Notes under the pieces: generated by a model
Databases searched by the model: none
What the model saw: only the letters and a program-made list of their open reading frames with translations
What the model was told of the DNA's origin: nothing
Sequence record: OR352939.1
Origin: Escherichia phage AV109
Strand: one strand, 5' to 3'
DNA length: 64,000 nt
Part shown: one piece after another, positions 54,776 to 63,427 of the stretch
Layout of the letters: each line of letters opens with the position of its first letter
How positions within the stretch are numbered: the first letter of the stretch is position 1
Translations under genes and position numbers: made by a program

Positions 54776-54988
54776 TTATTCCTTGCCAAGAACAGAATTC
54801 AGTTTATTAGTAATTTTGTCCAAACGTTCATTGAATTCGCTGGAGGATAAACCCTTTTCCGGAGAAATTAAACTAATCACGAAAAATACACCAGTAAAAG
54901 GAATAAGAAAAATAGCTCCAACTGCCATAAACAAAAAGAACGTTACAGTTGTAAGAAAATCAGCTAAACCTTTACGAAATTTGTACAT
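54776..54988 (-). CDS. Small membrane protein
   Basis: 70 aa with two hydrophobic segments. Confidence 0.4.
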   Translation of the reverse strand: MYKFRKGLADFLTTVTFFLFMAVGAIFLIPFTGVFFVISLISPEKGLSSSEFNERLDKITNKLNSVLGKE

Positions 54989-55098
54989 ATTTACCCTTAA
55001 TTAACTAAGAATTGATAATCATTAAACTATATTGCGAATAAAATTCTGGACCAAAACGAAAAATCATATCATTTATAGTATCCATAATGTAATTCAAT

Positions 55099-55569
55099 TT
55101 AATCATGTTTCCACACCCCATCGGTATTTGACCAAAGTCGCTGATTATCTGATCCTCGCCACAGTTTTTTGGTCGGAAGATTTTTCTCATACTTCCCATC
55201 AATAATAACATCAACATATTTAAGCATTTCTAGTTGTTTAATATCTTCAAACTTATATCCTGTCCACAACCAAATGCTTTTATTGGGATAAAGATTTTTT
55301 ACTGTTTGAACAATGCAATGAATAACATCTCGGTTATCAGGATAGAGAGGGTCACCTCCGGTTATAGTTAATCCTTCTATATAATCATTATTCAAACATT
55401 CAATTAATTGTTCTAGTGTTTCACCAGTGAATGGAATACCATTTCTAGCATTCCATGTTGATTTATTATAACACCCTTCGCATTTATGCAAACAACCTGT
55501 AACGAAAAGAACGACCCTGCATCCAGGGCCATTCACAAAATCGCAAGGATAAAATCTATCATAATTCAT
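55099..55569 (-). CDS. nrdG: Anaerobic ribonucleotide reductase activating protein NrdG (radical SAM)
   Basis: 156 aa, same length as T4 NrdG; Cys-rich N-terminus (CLHKCEGC). Confidence 0.85.
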   Translation of the reverse strand: MNYDRFYPCDFVNGPGCRVVLFVTGCLHKCEGCYNKSTWNARNGIPFTGETLEQLIECLNNDYIEGLTITGGDPLYPDNRDVIHCIVQTVKNLYPNKSIWLWTGYKFEDIKQLEMLKYVDVIIDGKYEKNLPTKKLWRGSDNQRLWSNTDGVWKHD

Positions 55570-57383
55570 TGGTGTTTAACCCTATGCATTATTTCTTTAT
55601 TTTTACCGAGATTAAATCCGCGTTCGTTCGGATTTCCCAAATAACCGCATGTTCTTCTTATGGTGTTCATCTTTTTAGGATCAGTTTCTCCACAGATAGA
55701 ACAAACAAATCCGTTTTCAGTAGGAGTCATTTCATGGGTACTTCCACATGTAAAACATTTATCTACTGGCATATTAACACCAAAATAATCTAAATGCTGT
55801 GCAGCATAATCCCACACGGCCTCAAGACCTTTTAAGTTATTTTTCATATCAGGAAGTTCAACATAAGAAATGTGACCACCTGTCGCAATGAAATGATACG
55901 GCGCTTCACGAGAAATCTTTTCAAACGGAGTAATATTTTCTTCTACTGAAACGTGGAAACTGTTAGTGTACCAGCCTTTATCGGTAACATCTTTTACACT
56001 TCCATATTTTTCTGTATCAAGTTTACAGAAGCGATAACAAAGGTTTTCAGCAGGAGTAGAATACAAACTAAAAGCAAAACCAGTTCTTTCAGTCCACTGT
56101 TTAAGATGAGCATTCATTTTAGTTAAAATTTCTTGTCCAATATCACGACCGACAAGAATATTCAATTCATGAATACCGATGTATCCTAAAGACACTGAAC
56201 TTCTACCGTTTTTAAATAGCTCAATTATATCGTCATCAGGTTTAAGACGAACCCCGAATGCACCTTCTTGGTAAAGAATAGGAGCAACAGTCGCTTTAAC
56301 TCCTTTTAAGGAACTAATTCTACACATCAAAGCTTCAAAACACAGGTCCATTCGTTCATTGAATAATTCAACAAATTTCTGTTCATTGAACTGTGTTCCA
56401 ATATAAGAATCTAATGCGATACGAGGAAGATTCAGTGTTACAACGCCGAGATTATTACGACCGTCAAGAATTTCATTTCCAGTTGAATCTTTCCATACGC
56501 TCAAGAAACTACGGCAACCCATCGGAGAAACTGGAACTGAAGAACCGGTAATAGCTTTATTATTCTTAACTGAAATAATGTCAGGATACATTCTTTTGCT
56601 TGCACATTCTAACGCAAGTTGTTTAATATCATAGTTTGGATCATCTTTATAAAGATTAACACCTTCTTCAAAAAACATAACAAGCTTAGGGAAAATAGGA
56701 GTTATTCCATCACGTCCAAGGCCTTTAATGCGGTTTTTAAGAATTGCCTTCTGAATCATTCGTTCAGTCCAGTCAGTTCCCGTACCAAATGTAATTGTCA
56801 CAAAAGGCGTTTGTCCGTTTGAACTAAAGAGAGTGTTTACTTCATATTCATAAGCTTGGAATGCATCGTATACGTCTTTTTCTGTTTTAGATTGAGCATA
56901 ATTCAGAATGTCTGGTATTTGCCATTTTTCTGCATCTTCAACATGTTTAGCGTATGTGCGTTTAACATAAGGAGAAAGAACTTTATCGACATTCGCAAAT
57001 GTAGTTCCGCCATACTGGTGTGAAGCAACTTGTGCAGTAATTTGTGCCATAATTGCAGTAGCAACGCCAATAGATTTAGGCGTTTCAATTTGAGCATTGC
57101 CTAATTTAAATCCATTCTCAAGCATTCCTTTTAAATCTACTAAACAGCAATTAGTAAAAGGCAATGATATACTATAATCTAAATCGTGAAAATGAATTAA
57201 TCCGACATTATGAGCATTTACAATATGGCTCGGAAGAATACTACAAGCGATATGTTTAGAAACAATACCGGCCATTAAATCTCTTTTTGTTGGAAAGACA
57301 CGAGAATCTTTGTTGGCATTTTCGGTATTTAATTCTTTATCTTTATTTGAAATAAAATTTAAAACATCTTTCTCTAAAGACAT
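55566..57383 (-). CDS. nrdD: Anaerobic ribonucleoside-triphosphate reductase NrdD, uninterrupted
   Basis: 605 aa continuous ORF; C-terminal glycyl-radical motif RRTCGYLG and zinc ribbon CFTCGSTHE...CSICG. Confidence 0.9.
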   Translation of the reverse strand: MSLEKDVLNFISNKDKELNTENANKDSRVFPTKRDLMAGIVSKHIACSILPSHIVNAHNVGLIHFHDLDYSISLPFTNCCLVDLKGMLENGFKLGNAQIETPKSIGVATAIMAQITAQVASHQYGGTTFANVDKVLSPYVKRTYAKHVEDAEKWQIPDILNYAQSKTEKDVYDAFQAYEYEVNTLFSSNGQTPFVTITFGTGTDWTERMIQKAILKNRIKGLGRDGITPIFPKLVMFFEEGVNLYKDDPNYDIKQLALECASKRMYPDIISVKNNKAITGSSVPVSPMGCRSFLSVWKDSTGNEILDGRNNLGVVTLNLPRIALDSYIGTQFNEQKFVELFNERMDLCFEALMCRISSLKGVKATVAPILYQEGAFGVRLKPDDDIIELFKNGRSSVSLGYIGIHELNILVGRDIGQEILTKMNAHLKQWTERTGFAFSLYSTPAENLCYRFCKLDTEKYGSVKDVTDKGWYTNSFHVSVEENITPFEKISREAPYHFIATGGHISYVELPDMKNNLKGLEAVWDYAAQHLDYFGVNMPVDKCFTCGSTHEMTPTENGFVCSICGETDPKKMNTIRRTCGYLGNPNERGFNLGKNKEIMHRVKHQ

Positions 57384-58195
57384 AATTCTAATTTATCCTT
57401 TTGAAATTCTTCGTCTAAATATGGGTTCCAACCCATTTTAAACCTTTTGATGAAATTATCAATTCTAAATTTCGGTAAATTTAACTCCGCAAAAATAGAT
57501 GATTTACTTTTAAAATCTGGACCTAAATAATCATATAAAATTTCTGCGTATTTTAACCATAATATATAAGTACCAGATTTAATTGCGTTCGGAGTTTTCC
57601 AAGGTTTTACACCATACATCGGATTTCCACTTCCTTTATGCCTGATAGAAGATGAAATTCCAATTTTAATTTTAGCTTCCTTTGTATGCGAAAATCCACG
57701 ATGCGGATTTTCTTTCCAGTATTTTTTAGCAGCTTCTGATATTTTCTTTCTGGCTAAATTAGTATGATGCTTTCCATAAAATCCATGATTTTTGCCTTTA
57801 TTACGATTTCTTTTAATCATGGTTATTGATTGCTTTTCTCTAGTTTCTTTAGAAGGAGAAATACCATATGTCGTAAATTTGCCATCAGCATATGCTAAAT
57901 TAAAATACTCTTTATTCCATACATCTTTTTCTATATTCTTTTGAAATTCAGCTTCAATGCTAGTTATTTGTTCATCTCCGACTAATTGAAAATATAATAT
58001 TTCAACTTTCGGCGTTTCTTTCAATAAGGCTTTTTGAAATTCGGAAGATGACGAAGACGAATAATAAAATTTACCATTTTTATCAATAATATTCGTTCCA
58101 TCAAAAGTGCAATTGGTTTTACTTCCAATGTAATAATATGGTGGGGTTTTAGCATTAATTCTATTAATAAATGATAGTTTATATACTACATTCAT
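57374..58195 (-). CDS. GIY-YIG-like homing endonuclease (Seg-like)
   Basis: 273 aa; N-terminal VVYKLSFINRINAKTPPYYYIGSK; paralogue of 45493..46392; inserted between nrdD and gene 49. Confidence 0.5.
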   Translation of the reverse strand: MNVVYKLSFINRINAKTPPYYYIGSKTNCTFDGTNIIDKNGKFYYSSSSSSEFQKALLKETPKVEILYFQLVGDEQITSIEAEFQKNIEKDVWNKEYFNLAYADGKFTTYGISPSKETREKQSITMIKRNRNKGKNHGFYGKHHTNLARKKISEAAKKYWKENPHRGFSHTKEAKIKIGISSSIRHKGSGNPMYGVKPWKTPNAIKSGTYILWLKYAEILYDYLGPDFKSKSSIFAELNLPKFRIDNFIKRFKMGWNPYLDEEFQKDKLELCL

Positions 58196-58665
58196 TTTAA
58201 ACTCTTTCTAAGCTGCTTTTTGAATGAAGCTATTAATTGTGTTTTAGTATCAGATTCAGTATATTCAAATCCTCTTTGAAGCATCTCAGCCATCATTTCC
58301 TCTTTACCTAGTCTTGAGAACTCTTTAGTTTTGTCTGGAACAAAATTAGGATGGATATTATTATCAGAATAATCTTGTTTCAAATAAGCAAGAAGAGCTT
58401 CAAGCCATTCTAAGTAGTCAACGTTTTGACCTTTCAAACCGGAACGGTTGAACTTATGCTTCATTTGACCTTCTGCTGCGTTGCACAGATTACAGAGTAA
58501 TCCACGAACTCTACCGGCTTTTGGCCCGTTTAATTCATGGTCGTGGTCAAGATGGTTACCTTGAACATCAGGGTCTAATTCACGGTGGCAAATAGGACAC
58601 TTACCATTCTGTGCATCATAAAATTTTTGTTTTTCTTCTTTATATTTTGCGCCTGATAATAACAT
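58192..58665 (-). CDS. 49: Endonuclease VII (Holliday junction resolvase) gp49
   Basis: 157 aa; near-identical to recalled T4 endo VII (KYKEEKQKFYDAQNGKC.IC.REL.PDVQ.NHLDHDHELNGPKAG.VRGLLCNLCNAAEG). Confidence 0.92.
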   Translation of the reverse strand: MLLSGAKYKEEKQKFYDAQNGKCPICHRELDPDVQGNHLDHDHELNGPKAGRVRGLLCNLCNAAEGQMKHKFNRSGLKGQNVDYLEWLEALLAYLKQDYSDNNIHPNFVPDKTKEFSRLGKEEMMAEMLQRGFEYTESDTKTQLIASFKKQLRKSLK

Positions 58666-58696
58666 GATAAACCCTTACCTTTTAAATAGATAAGGG

Positions 58697-58704
58697 TATT
58701 TATA
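58697..58704 (-). promoter_or_regulatory. T4 late promoter (TATAAATA) upstream of gene 49
   Basis: Plus tatttata is TATAAATA on minus strand, about 32 nt upstream of gene 49 ATG. Confidence 0.55.
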
Positions 58705-58706
58705 AT

Positions 58707-58904
58707 TTAGTAAACGTTATAAAAGTTACGATGAGAACGTTTAGCTTTGCGAAGCTGACGTTTAGTAGGACGAACTGTAAATGGTTGTCCAGAGAAAAAA
58801 TTCGGATCGGTTTTAATAAGCAAATACCAATCATGCTTGCCATTTTTTAATAAACGGTACAATAATTTAACTTGCATAATAATCTCTTCCCATTTCCATA
58901 TCAA
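58707..58904 (-). CDS. Hypothetical protein
   Basis: 65-aa basic ORF. Confidence 0.35.
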   Translation of the reverse strand: MIWKWEEIIMQVKLLYRLLKNGKHDWYLLIKTDPNFFSGQPFTVRPTKRQLRKAKRSHRNFYNVY

Positions 58905-59005
58905 TTAATTCATTTATTGAAGGTTCATCATAACATGTTTCTTCGTCGTTGTAAACTGTTTCGACGTCTGGCTCGACCGTCTCCCATCGAGCCGAATACC
59001 ACGGT

Positions 59006-59341
59006 TTAACCGCGGAGTTTATTGAGCTCTTCATAATCAACCCAGGATTCTAGCCCAGATGGCAAATCAGATTCAATTTCCCAAAGAAGCTCTTCAATGG
59101 CTTGCAGGCGATTATATTCTTCAACGGTAATGGTAACCATTGTTTCAGGCTTTTTAACCATCATGTCATTCATCAGAATATACAGGTCTTCACAAACAGC
59201 CGGGTCATCCCATGTCCATATTTCAGCATCTCGAACCAATGAAGTCGGAATCGAATTTAAAACTTCAAGCTTAGTAGGAGCGTCAGGGCCGAGAAGAGTT
59301 GCTACAAATTTATATGCTTTGGCGAAATCAATATCGTTCAT
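59006..59341 (-). CDS. Hypothetical protein
   Basis: 111-aa acidic ORF. Confidence 0.4.
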   Translation of the reverse strand: MNDIDFAKAYKFVATLLGPDAPTKLEVLNSIPTSLVRDAEIWTWDDPAVCEDLYILMNDMMVKKPETMVTITVEEYNRLQAIEELLWEIESDLPSGLESWVDYEELNKLRG

Positions 59342-59601
59342 TTAAAATATTCTCGCAGTTGGTCAAATCCACCAATGTGACTTCCATCAGGAGCAAACAC
59401 TTGAGGCATAGTCAATCCGACTTGTGATTCACGTCCAAGCTTAACCAGAAGCTCAGCAATTTTCTCATCATCGAACACACCTTTTTCTGGCATAACATTA
59501 ATGAATTCGAACGGCTGTTTCTTAACAGTCAGCAATCGTTTCGCATTATCACAATAAATGCATTTATGAATAGTAGAGTCATACCCGTACACTTTAAACA
59601 T
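59338..59601 (-). CDS. nrdC: Thioredoxin/glutaredoxin NrdC
   Basis: Start at Met6 (MFKVYGYD) gives 87 aa; near-identical to recalled T4 NrdC (IHKC.YCDNAKRLLTVKKQPFEFIN.MPEKGVFDDEKIAELL.KLGR..Q.GLTMPQVFAPDGSHIGGFDQLREYFK). Confidence 0.88.
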   Translation of the reverse strand: MFKVYGYDSTIHKCIYCDNAKRLLTVKKQPFEFINVMPEKGVFDDEKIAELLVKLGRESQVGLTMPQVFAPDGSHIGGFDQLREYFK

Positions 59602-59788
59602 TATTTTTCCTTTCATCGATTAAATATGCAACGCCAAATACAATACATGTAATAAAACCTGTGATACAGATAGAAACCAACAACACCGTACCAAAGAACC
59701 AAATCAAGTTATCTTTAGTAGTTTGTTTGATATCCATCTCACGAATTTCTATAGCTATCGTATCACCTTTATTCAGAAGCGTATAAAA

Positions 59789-60007
59789 CTAAGGTGATAC
59801 ATGCCTGTCAAAAACTCGTCCTTGCTCATCTTTATAGACTGCAATAAATTCTAATTTAGAATATTTTCCTGTAGATTGACCTGAAATTAATTCCACTACC
59901 TCCACAGGAATTACTTTAGTTTCCATGTAAGTATTCTGGCTGTTCCAAATGAATGGAATGATGGCAAAAACTAAAGCTGCGATAAAACAACGAAGGCTAT
60001 ATCTCAT
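59789..60007 (-). CDS. Hypothetical exported/membrane protein
   Basis: 72 aa with hydrophobic N-terminus (CFIAALVFAIIPFIW). Confidence 0.4.
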   Translation of the reverse strand: MRYSLRCFIAALVFAIIPFIWNSQNTYMETKVIPVEVVELISGQSTGKYSKLEFIAVYKDEQGRVFDRHVSP

Positions 60008-60312
60008 TATAATGTTCTCTCAAATTTGTGGAAGCATTTACGGCATTTCAATTTCAAGTTATCGGTGGTCCAGTTAACCAGTTGGACTTGGATAGTTCCA
60101 CATTCCGGGCATGGATGTTTTGCTGCCGATTTGGCAGCATTTTCACGTCGTTCAACCATTTTCATTATTTCGTTCCATGCCGGAGGAACGAACTCTTCTT
60201 CACCGTGGATTTTATTTCTCTGAACAAATTCAATCTTTGAACTATCGTCAATAAACTTAACCAAGCGGTGATTAGTGTTCATATCAATATCCTCTAAAAG
60301 ACGTAGTTTCAT
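60007..60312 (-). CDS. Hypothetical zinc-ribbon protein
   Basis: 101 aa; C-terminal CPECG...CRKC. Confidence 0.4.
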   Translation of the reverse strand: MKLRLLEDIDMNTNHRLVKFIDDSSKIEFVQRNKIHGEEEFVPPAWNEIMKMVERRENAAKSAAKHPCPECGTIQVQLVNWTTDNLKLKCRKCFHKFERTL

Positions 60313-61262
60313 TATAAAACCTCAATGGCATTTCGTAAACCATCCGCTTTCGCATTCAGAGCTTTTAACGATTTAGTTTGTTCTGCAATCTGGGCTTCGA
60401 CTTCTTTAAGACGAGATTTGAGATATTCGCGTTCTTCTCTTAAGTTATCAACTTTTTCTGCTTTAGGTTCTTTAATAGTCTTAAGTTTATACCCGTTAGG
60501 GGACTTCAGCTTAATTCGGGTACGAGAACTGTATAACATTGAACCGTTATCTTCGGATTCGTCGAACGTTTCAACAACATCCATAGTCTCTAACAATGTA
60601 ATAAGTTTATAAGACAACGAACGAACGGTTTTGTTATGCTTATTAATTTCTTCGGCTTTCATGGTACCGAGATTACGTGAGTAGTAATAAGGAACCTGGA
60701 TATCAATTGACAATGATGCGTTACCATTACCAGTTGGTTTGAATACTGCAGTAACCCAATCTTTAACATGAACTTTATTTGTACGACCATCACCGCCTGT
60801 GAATAATTTACGAGAATGTTTAAAAAGCATATTCACTTGGTTATTGAATTCACAAGCAAATTTATCAACAAATTTAGTTTCAGGAATGGTAGATAACCAA
60901 TCAGCTAAATGAGTCTTTTTAACATCGTTAATAATAGTAAATTCAACCAAATCGGTTTTAGATGTCACAGATTTAATAAAGCTCGGCTTCATAAAGTTTT
61001 TAATGTTATCGCGAGCTACAGTAGAAGATAATAAACGAGAACGTTTGAACCATTGAAGCAGTGTCCCTAATGAATGAGAATACGCATTCTGAGTATCTTT
61101 ACAGATATGATTTTCTTGGCCTGTATATGTACCAAAATCTCGAAGAATACCACTTACTACATCTCGGTGTGGAACATCAAATCCTAGTGCACCAGAAGCG
61201 CGCTGAGCATGAACGTTAGCGATAAGACCGGCAAAGTATTCAATGTAATGTGAACGTGTCAT
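60312..61262 (-). CDS. Hypothetical protein with C-terminal coiled coil
   Basis: 316-aa ORF; GAGAGG RBS. Confidence 0.45.
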   Translation of the reverse strand: MTRSHYIEYFAGLIANVHAQRASGALGFDVPHRDVVSGILRDFGTYTGQENHICKDTQNAYSHSLGTLLQWFKRSRLLSSTVARDNIKNFMKPSFIKSVTSKTDLVEFTIINDVKKTHLADWLSTIPETKFVDKFACEFNNQVNMLFKHSRKLFTGGDGRTNKVHVKDWVTAVFKPTGNGNASLSIDIQVPYYYSRNLGTMKAEEINKHNKTVRSLSYKLITLLETMDVVETFDESEDNGSMLYSSRTRIKLKSPNGYKLKTIKEPKAEKVDNLREEREYLKSRLKEVEAQIAEQTKSLKALNAKADGLRNAIEVL

Positions 61263-61290
61263 AATATTTTCCTCTCGTTAAGATAGAAAG

Positions 61291-61319
61291 ATTATACTCC
61301 AACCATCCTTGGTTGTACA
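61291..61319 (-). promoter_or_regulatory. Early promoter (TGTACA -35, N17, TATAAT -10)
   Basis: attatactccaaccatccttggttgtaca, same module as 18681..18709. Confidence 0.45.
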
Positions 61320-62315
61320 TCATTCCTTAAGAAGTTTTACTACCTGAATAAGATTAGCTCGTTCTGTTTTATTTTTACCGTTTAAGCCTGCTAATCGTGA
61401 GATTTCATCGTCGGTCTGTTGAATAGTTACATTAAGTTCGTTAATCAAAGCTTCAAAGTATTTGATTTGCTCAGCATGTTTTGATTCAAATTTCTGAACC
61501 GGAATAACGTCTTGGTTTAGTTCATCAATAAGGTCTTTAAGAGCATCTTCTTGGTTGATATCATATTCAACTTCTTTTATTTCTTCAACAAGCTCGTCTT
61601 TATATCTAACGTCTTTTAGTCCTGGGATCGGGCCTAAAATCTCTTCTTTAAGAGTACAAACATATCCAATACGGTATCCAATGCCGTCTCGCTTGATATC
61701 AACTTCGTCGATAAATCCACAATGTTTAAAACCAGAGCCGATTAGGTCAAAATATCCTTGACGTCGTCCTTCAAACGTTACACGAACTACTAAGATGGTT
61801 TTGCCACCAACCTTTTGAAGCTCACATTTATAAAAGTCTGTTGAACCTGAATAACGTGGATGAGTTTTAAAGTTCATCTGACGATCTAGGCCCATTTGTA
61901 AACGTGCTGTTACGGCCAGAAAACGTGTTTGGTTCTCGTTAAGATGAGCAACAATCCATTTCAAAGGCATTTTACCATGTTCACGACCGAACAAATCAGT
62001 ACGTCCTAAATTACGCAGGATATTGTTAGAGTTAATCATCGACAGAACGTTAAGTTTATTCAGCGCGCTGAAGATTCCATCGGCCATTGATTTTCCGTAA
62101 CCTTTACATGCTTTAATAAGCGCTCGCGGTAGATTAGTATAGATTTCAGACGGCATATGAAAATCAAATTTACTAGTCAGTAATTGATGAACTTGGATAG
62201 CAATTTGTTCATAATTAAGTGCTCTGCGATCGTTATGGTCTTTAAACCACACTTTAATCTGTGAAGCACATAAACCGTTAATTTCATGTTTTACCGCATC
62301 AGATGTAATGCTCAT
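61320..62315 (-). CDS. Hypothetical protein with C-terminal coiled coil
   Basis: 331-aa ORF. Confidence 0.45.
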   Translation of the reverse strand: MSITSDAVKHEINGLCASQIKVWFKDHNDRRALNYEQIAIQVHQLLTSKFDFHMPSEIYTNLPRALIKACKGYGKSMADGIFSALNKLNVLSMINSNNILRNLGRTDLFGREHGKMPLKWIVAHLNENQTRFLAVTARLQMGLDRQMNFKTHPRYSGSTDFYKCELQKVGGKTILVVRVTFEGRRQGYFDLIGSGFKHCGFIDEVDIKRDGIGYRIGYVCTLKEEILGPIPGLKDVRYKDELVEEIKEVEYDINQEDALKDLIDELNQDVIPVQKFESKHAEQIKYFEALINELNVTIQQTDDEISRLAGLNGKNKTERANLIQVVKLLKE

Positions 62316-62377
62316 AACTATTTCCTCAGATTGAATTGGAATTCAAAACCATTATAACCCGTCCTTGGGTAAAGCGT

Positions 62378-62905
62378 TTATGCGTGAACCGTCTTTAAAC
62401 GTTCTTCAAATTTCCGAAGAGTACTAATACGTTCTGCTTTCTGTTTTGTATAGTTTGCAATACGTTCTGAAGTGAGAGCGTATCGTTCGTTTACTGATTC
62501 TTTCATGAAGTCAGGGATTTCACGAGAAGCTTTAATTTCATCAAACTTATCGAGTACTGCCTGGTCTTCAGCGATTAAATTTTCGTACATCTCGATATCT
62601 TTCTTGATAAACTCGATATCTTCCTGGGTTACTTTGGATAAACGAGATGCTTTATCCTTTTTGTACTGCTCGTTAGTTTCACGAGACCAGAATAATGTAC
62701 GTTTTTTGTTAGTGTTTTTGTAGACTTCCACAATTCCAACTGAATCGATGATAACAATCCAATTCCAGCGAGATTTGAAAATCTGACCTCCGTCCACGGT
62801 AATCTCGTTACCATAAGCAATGTCATTAAAGAACTTACTTTGTGCTTCAGATTTAAATTTACCGTCGTTATAATTTACCAGGTTGAAAATATCTTTAGCG
62901 TTCAT
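62378..62905 (-). CDS. Hypothetical protein
   Basis: 175-aa ORF; GGAGGT RBS. Confidence 0.45.
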   Translation of the reverse strand: MNAKDIFNLVNYNDGKFKSEAQSKFFNDIAYGNEITVDGGQIFKSRWNWIVIIDSVGIVEVYKNTNKKRTLFWSRETNEQYKKDKASRLSKVTQEDIEFIKKDIEMYENLIAEDQAVLDKFDEIKASREIPDFMKESVNERYALTSERIANYTKQKAERISTLRKFEERLKTVHA

Positions 62906-62931
62906 GTTTTACCTCCAGTAGTTGATAGGTC

Positions 62932-62961
62932 TATAATAACATAACCATAGACCTTGTAAAC
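62932..62961 (-). promoter_or_regulatory. T4 early-type promoter (GTTTAC-N17-TATTAT)
   Basis: tataat 62932-62937 and gtaaac 62956-62961; GATAGGTCTATAATAAC...ATAGACC module. Confidence 0.5.
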
Positions 62962-62963
62962 AA

Positions 62964-63251
62964 CTAAAAGAAACTTTTTTCGGTATTTTTTCCACTGAAC
63001 CAAACAGACTTCGGGATTTTTTGTAATTTTTCAGATTTAAGTTTCTCTTCCTGTTCTTTCTTATATACACCCTTGTCGTACTGGAGCATCTCTATGGCAT
63101 TCTTTTGCAAACGATCTAAGGTAATTAAGGCTTTAGTTTTTCCTTTCAAGGAAGAGTCTTGGCGAACCTCCTCGCTATATTGCATCGTAGAACTAACCAT
63201 ACGATGAGCATACAGTTCTACTGCGGCTTTAATTTTTTGCATAAAATCCAT
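62964..63251 (-). CDS. Hypothetical protein
   Basis: 95-aa ORF. Confidence 0.4.
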   Translation of the reverse strand: MDFMQKIKAAVELYAHRMVSSTMQYSEEVRQDSSLKGKTKALITLDRLQKNAIEMLQYDKGVYKKEQEEKLKSEKLQKIPKSVWFSGKNTEKSFF

Positions 63252-63427
63252 AACATATCCTCTTTGATTTGTACATCATTATTTTTAAATATTTCTATGC
63301 CCTCAGTAGGTTCCTGGTGTCCTTCTTTGAGGTAAGCCATATGATTATTCATCTTTATGGCTTTTGTTACCTCAGAACTTCCTATAAAGCTTATTTCAGT
63401 AAAGTAACTTCCGAGATTTCTTCCCAA
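63218..63427 (-). CDS. Hypothetical protein
   Basis: 69-aa ORF. Confidence 0.35.
   Translation of the reverse strand: MGRNLGSYFTEISFIGSSEVTKAIKMNNHMAYLKEGHQEPTEGIEIFKNNDVQIKEDMLWILCKKLKPQ

Noticed and set aside
55005-55217. ORF 55005..55217 (70 aa) overlapping the 3' end of nrdG
   Set aside because: Most of it is the alternative frame of nrdG; only about 26 codons would lie outside nrdG; no independent support.
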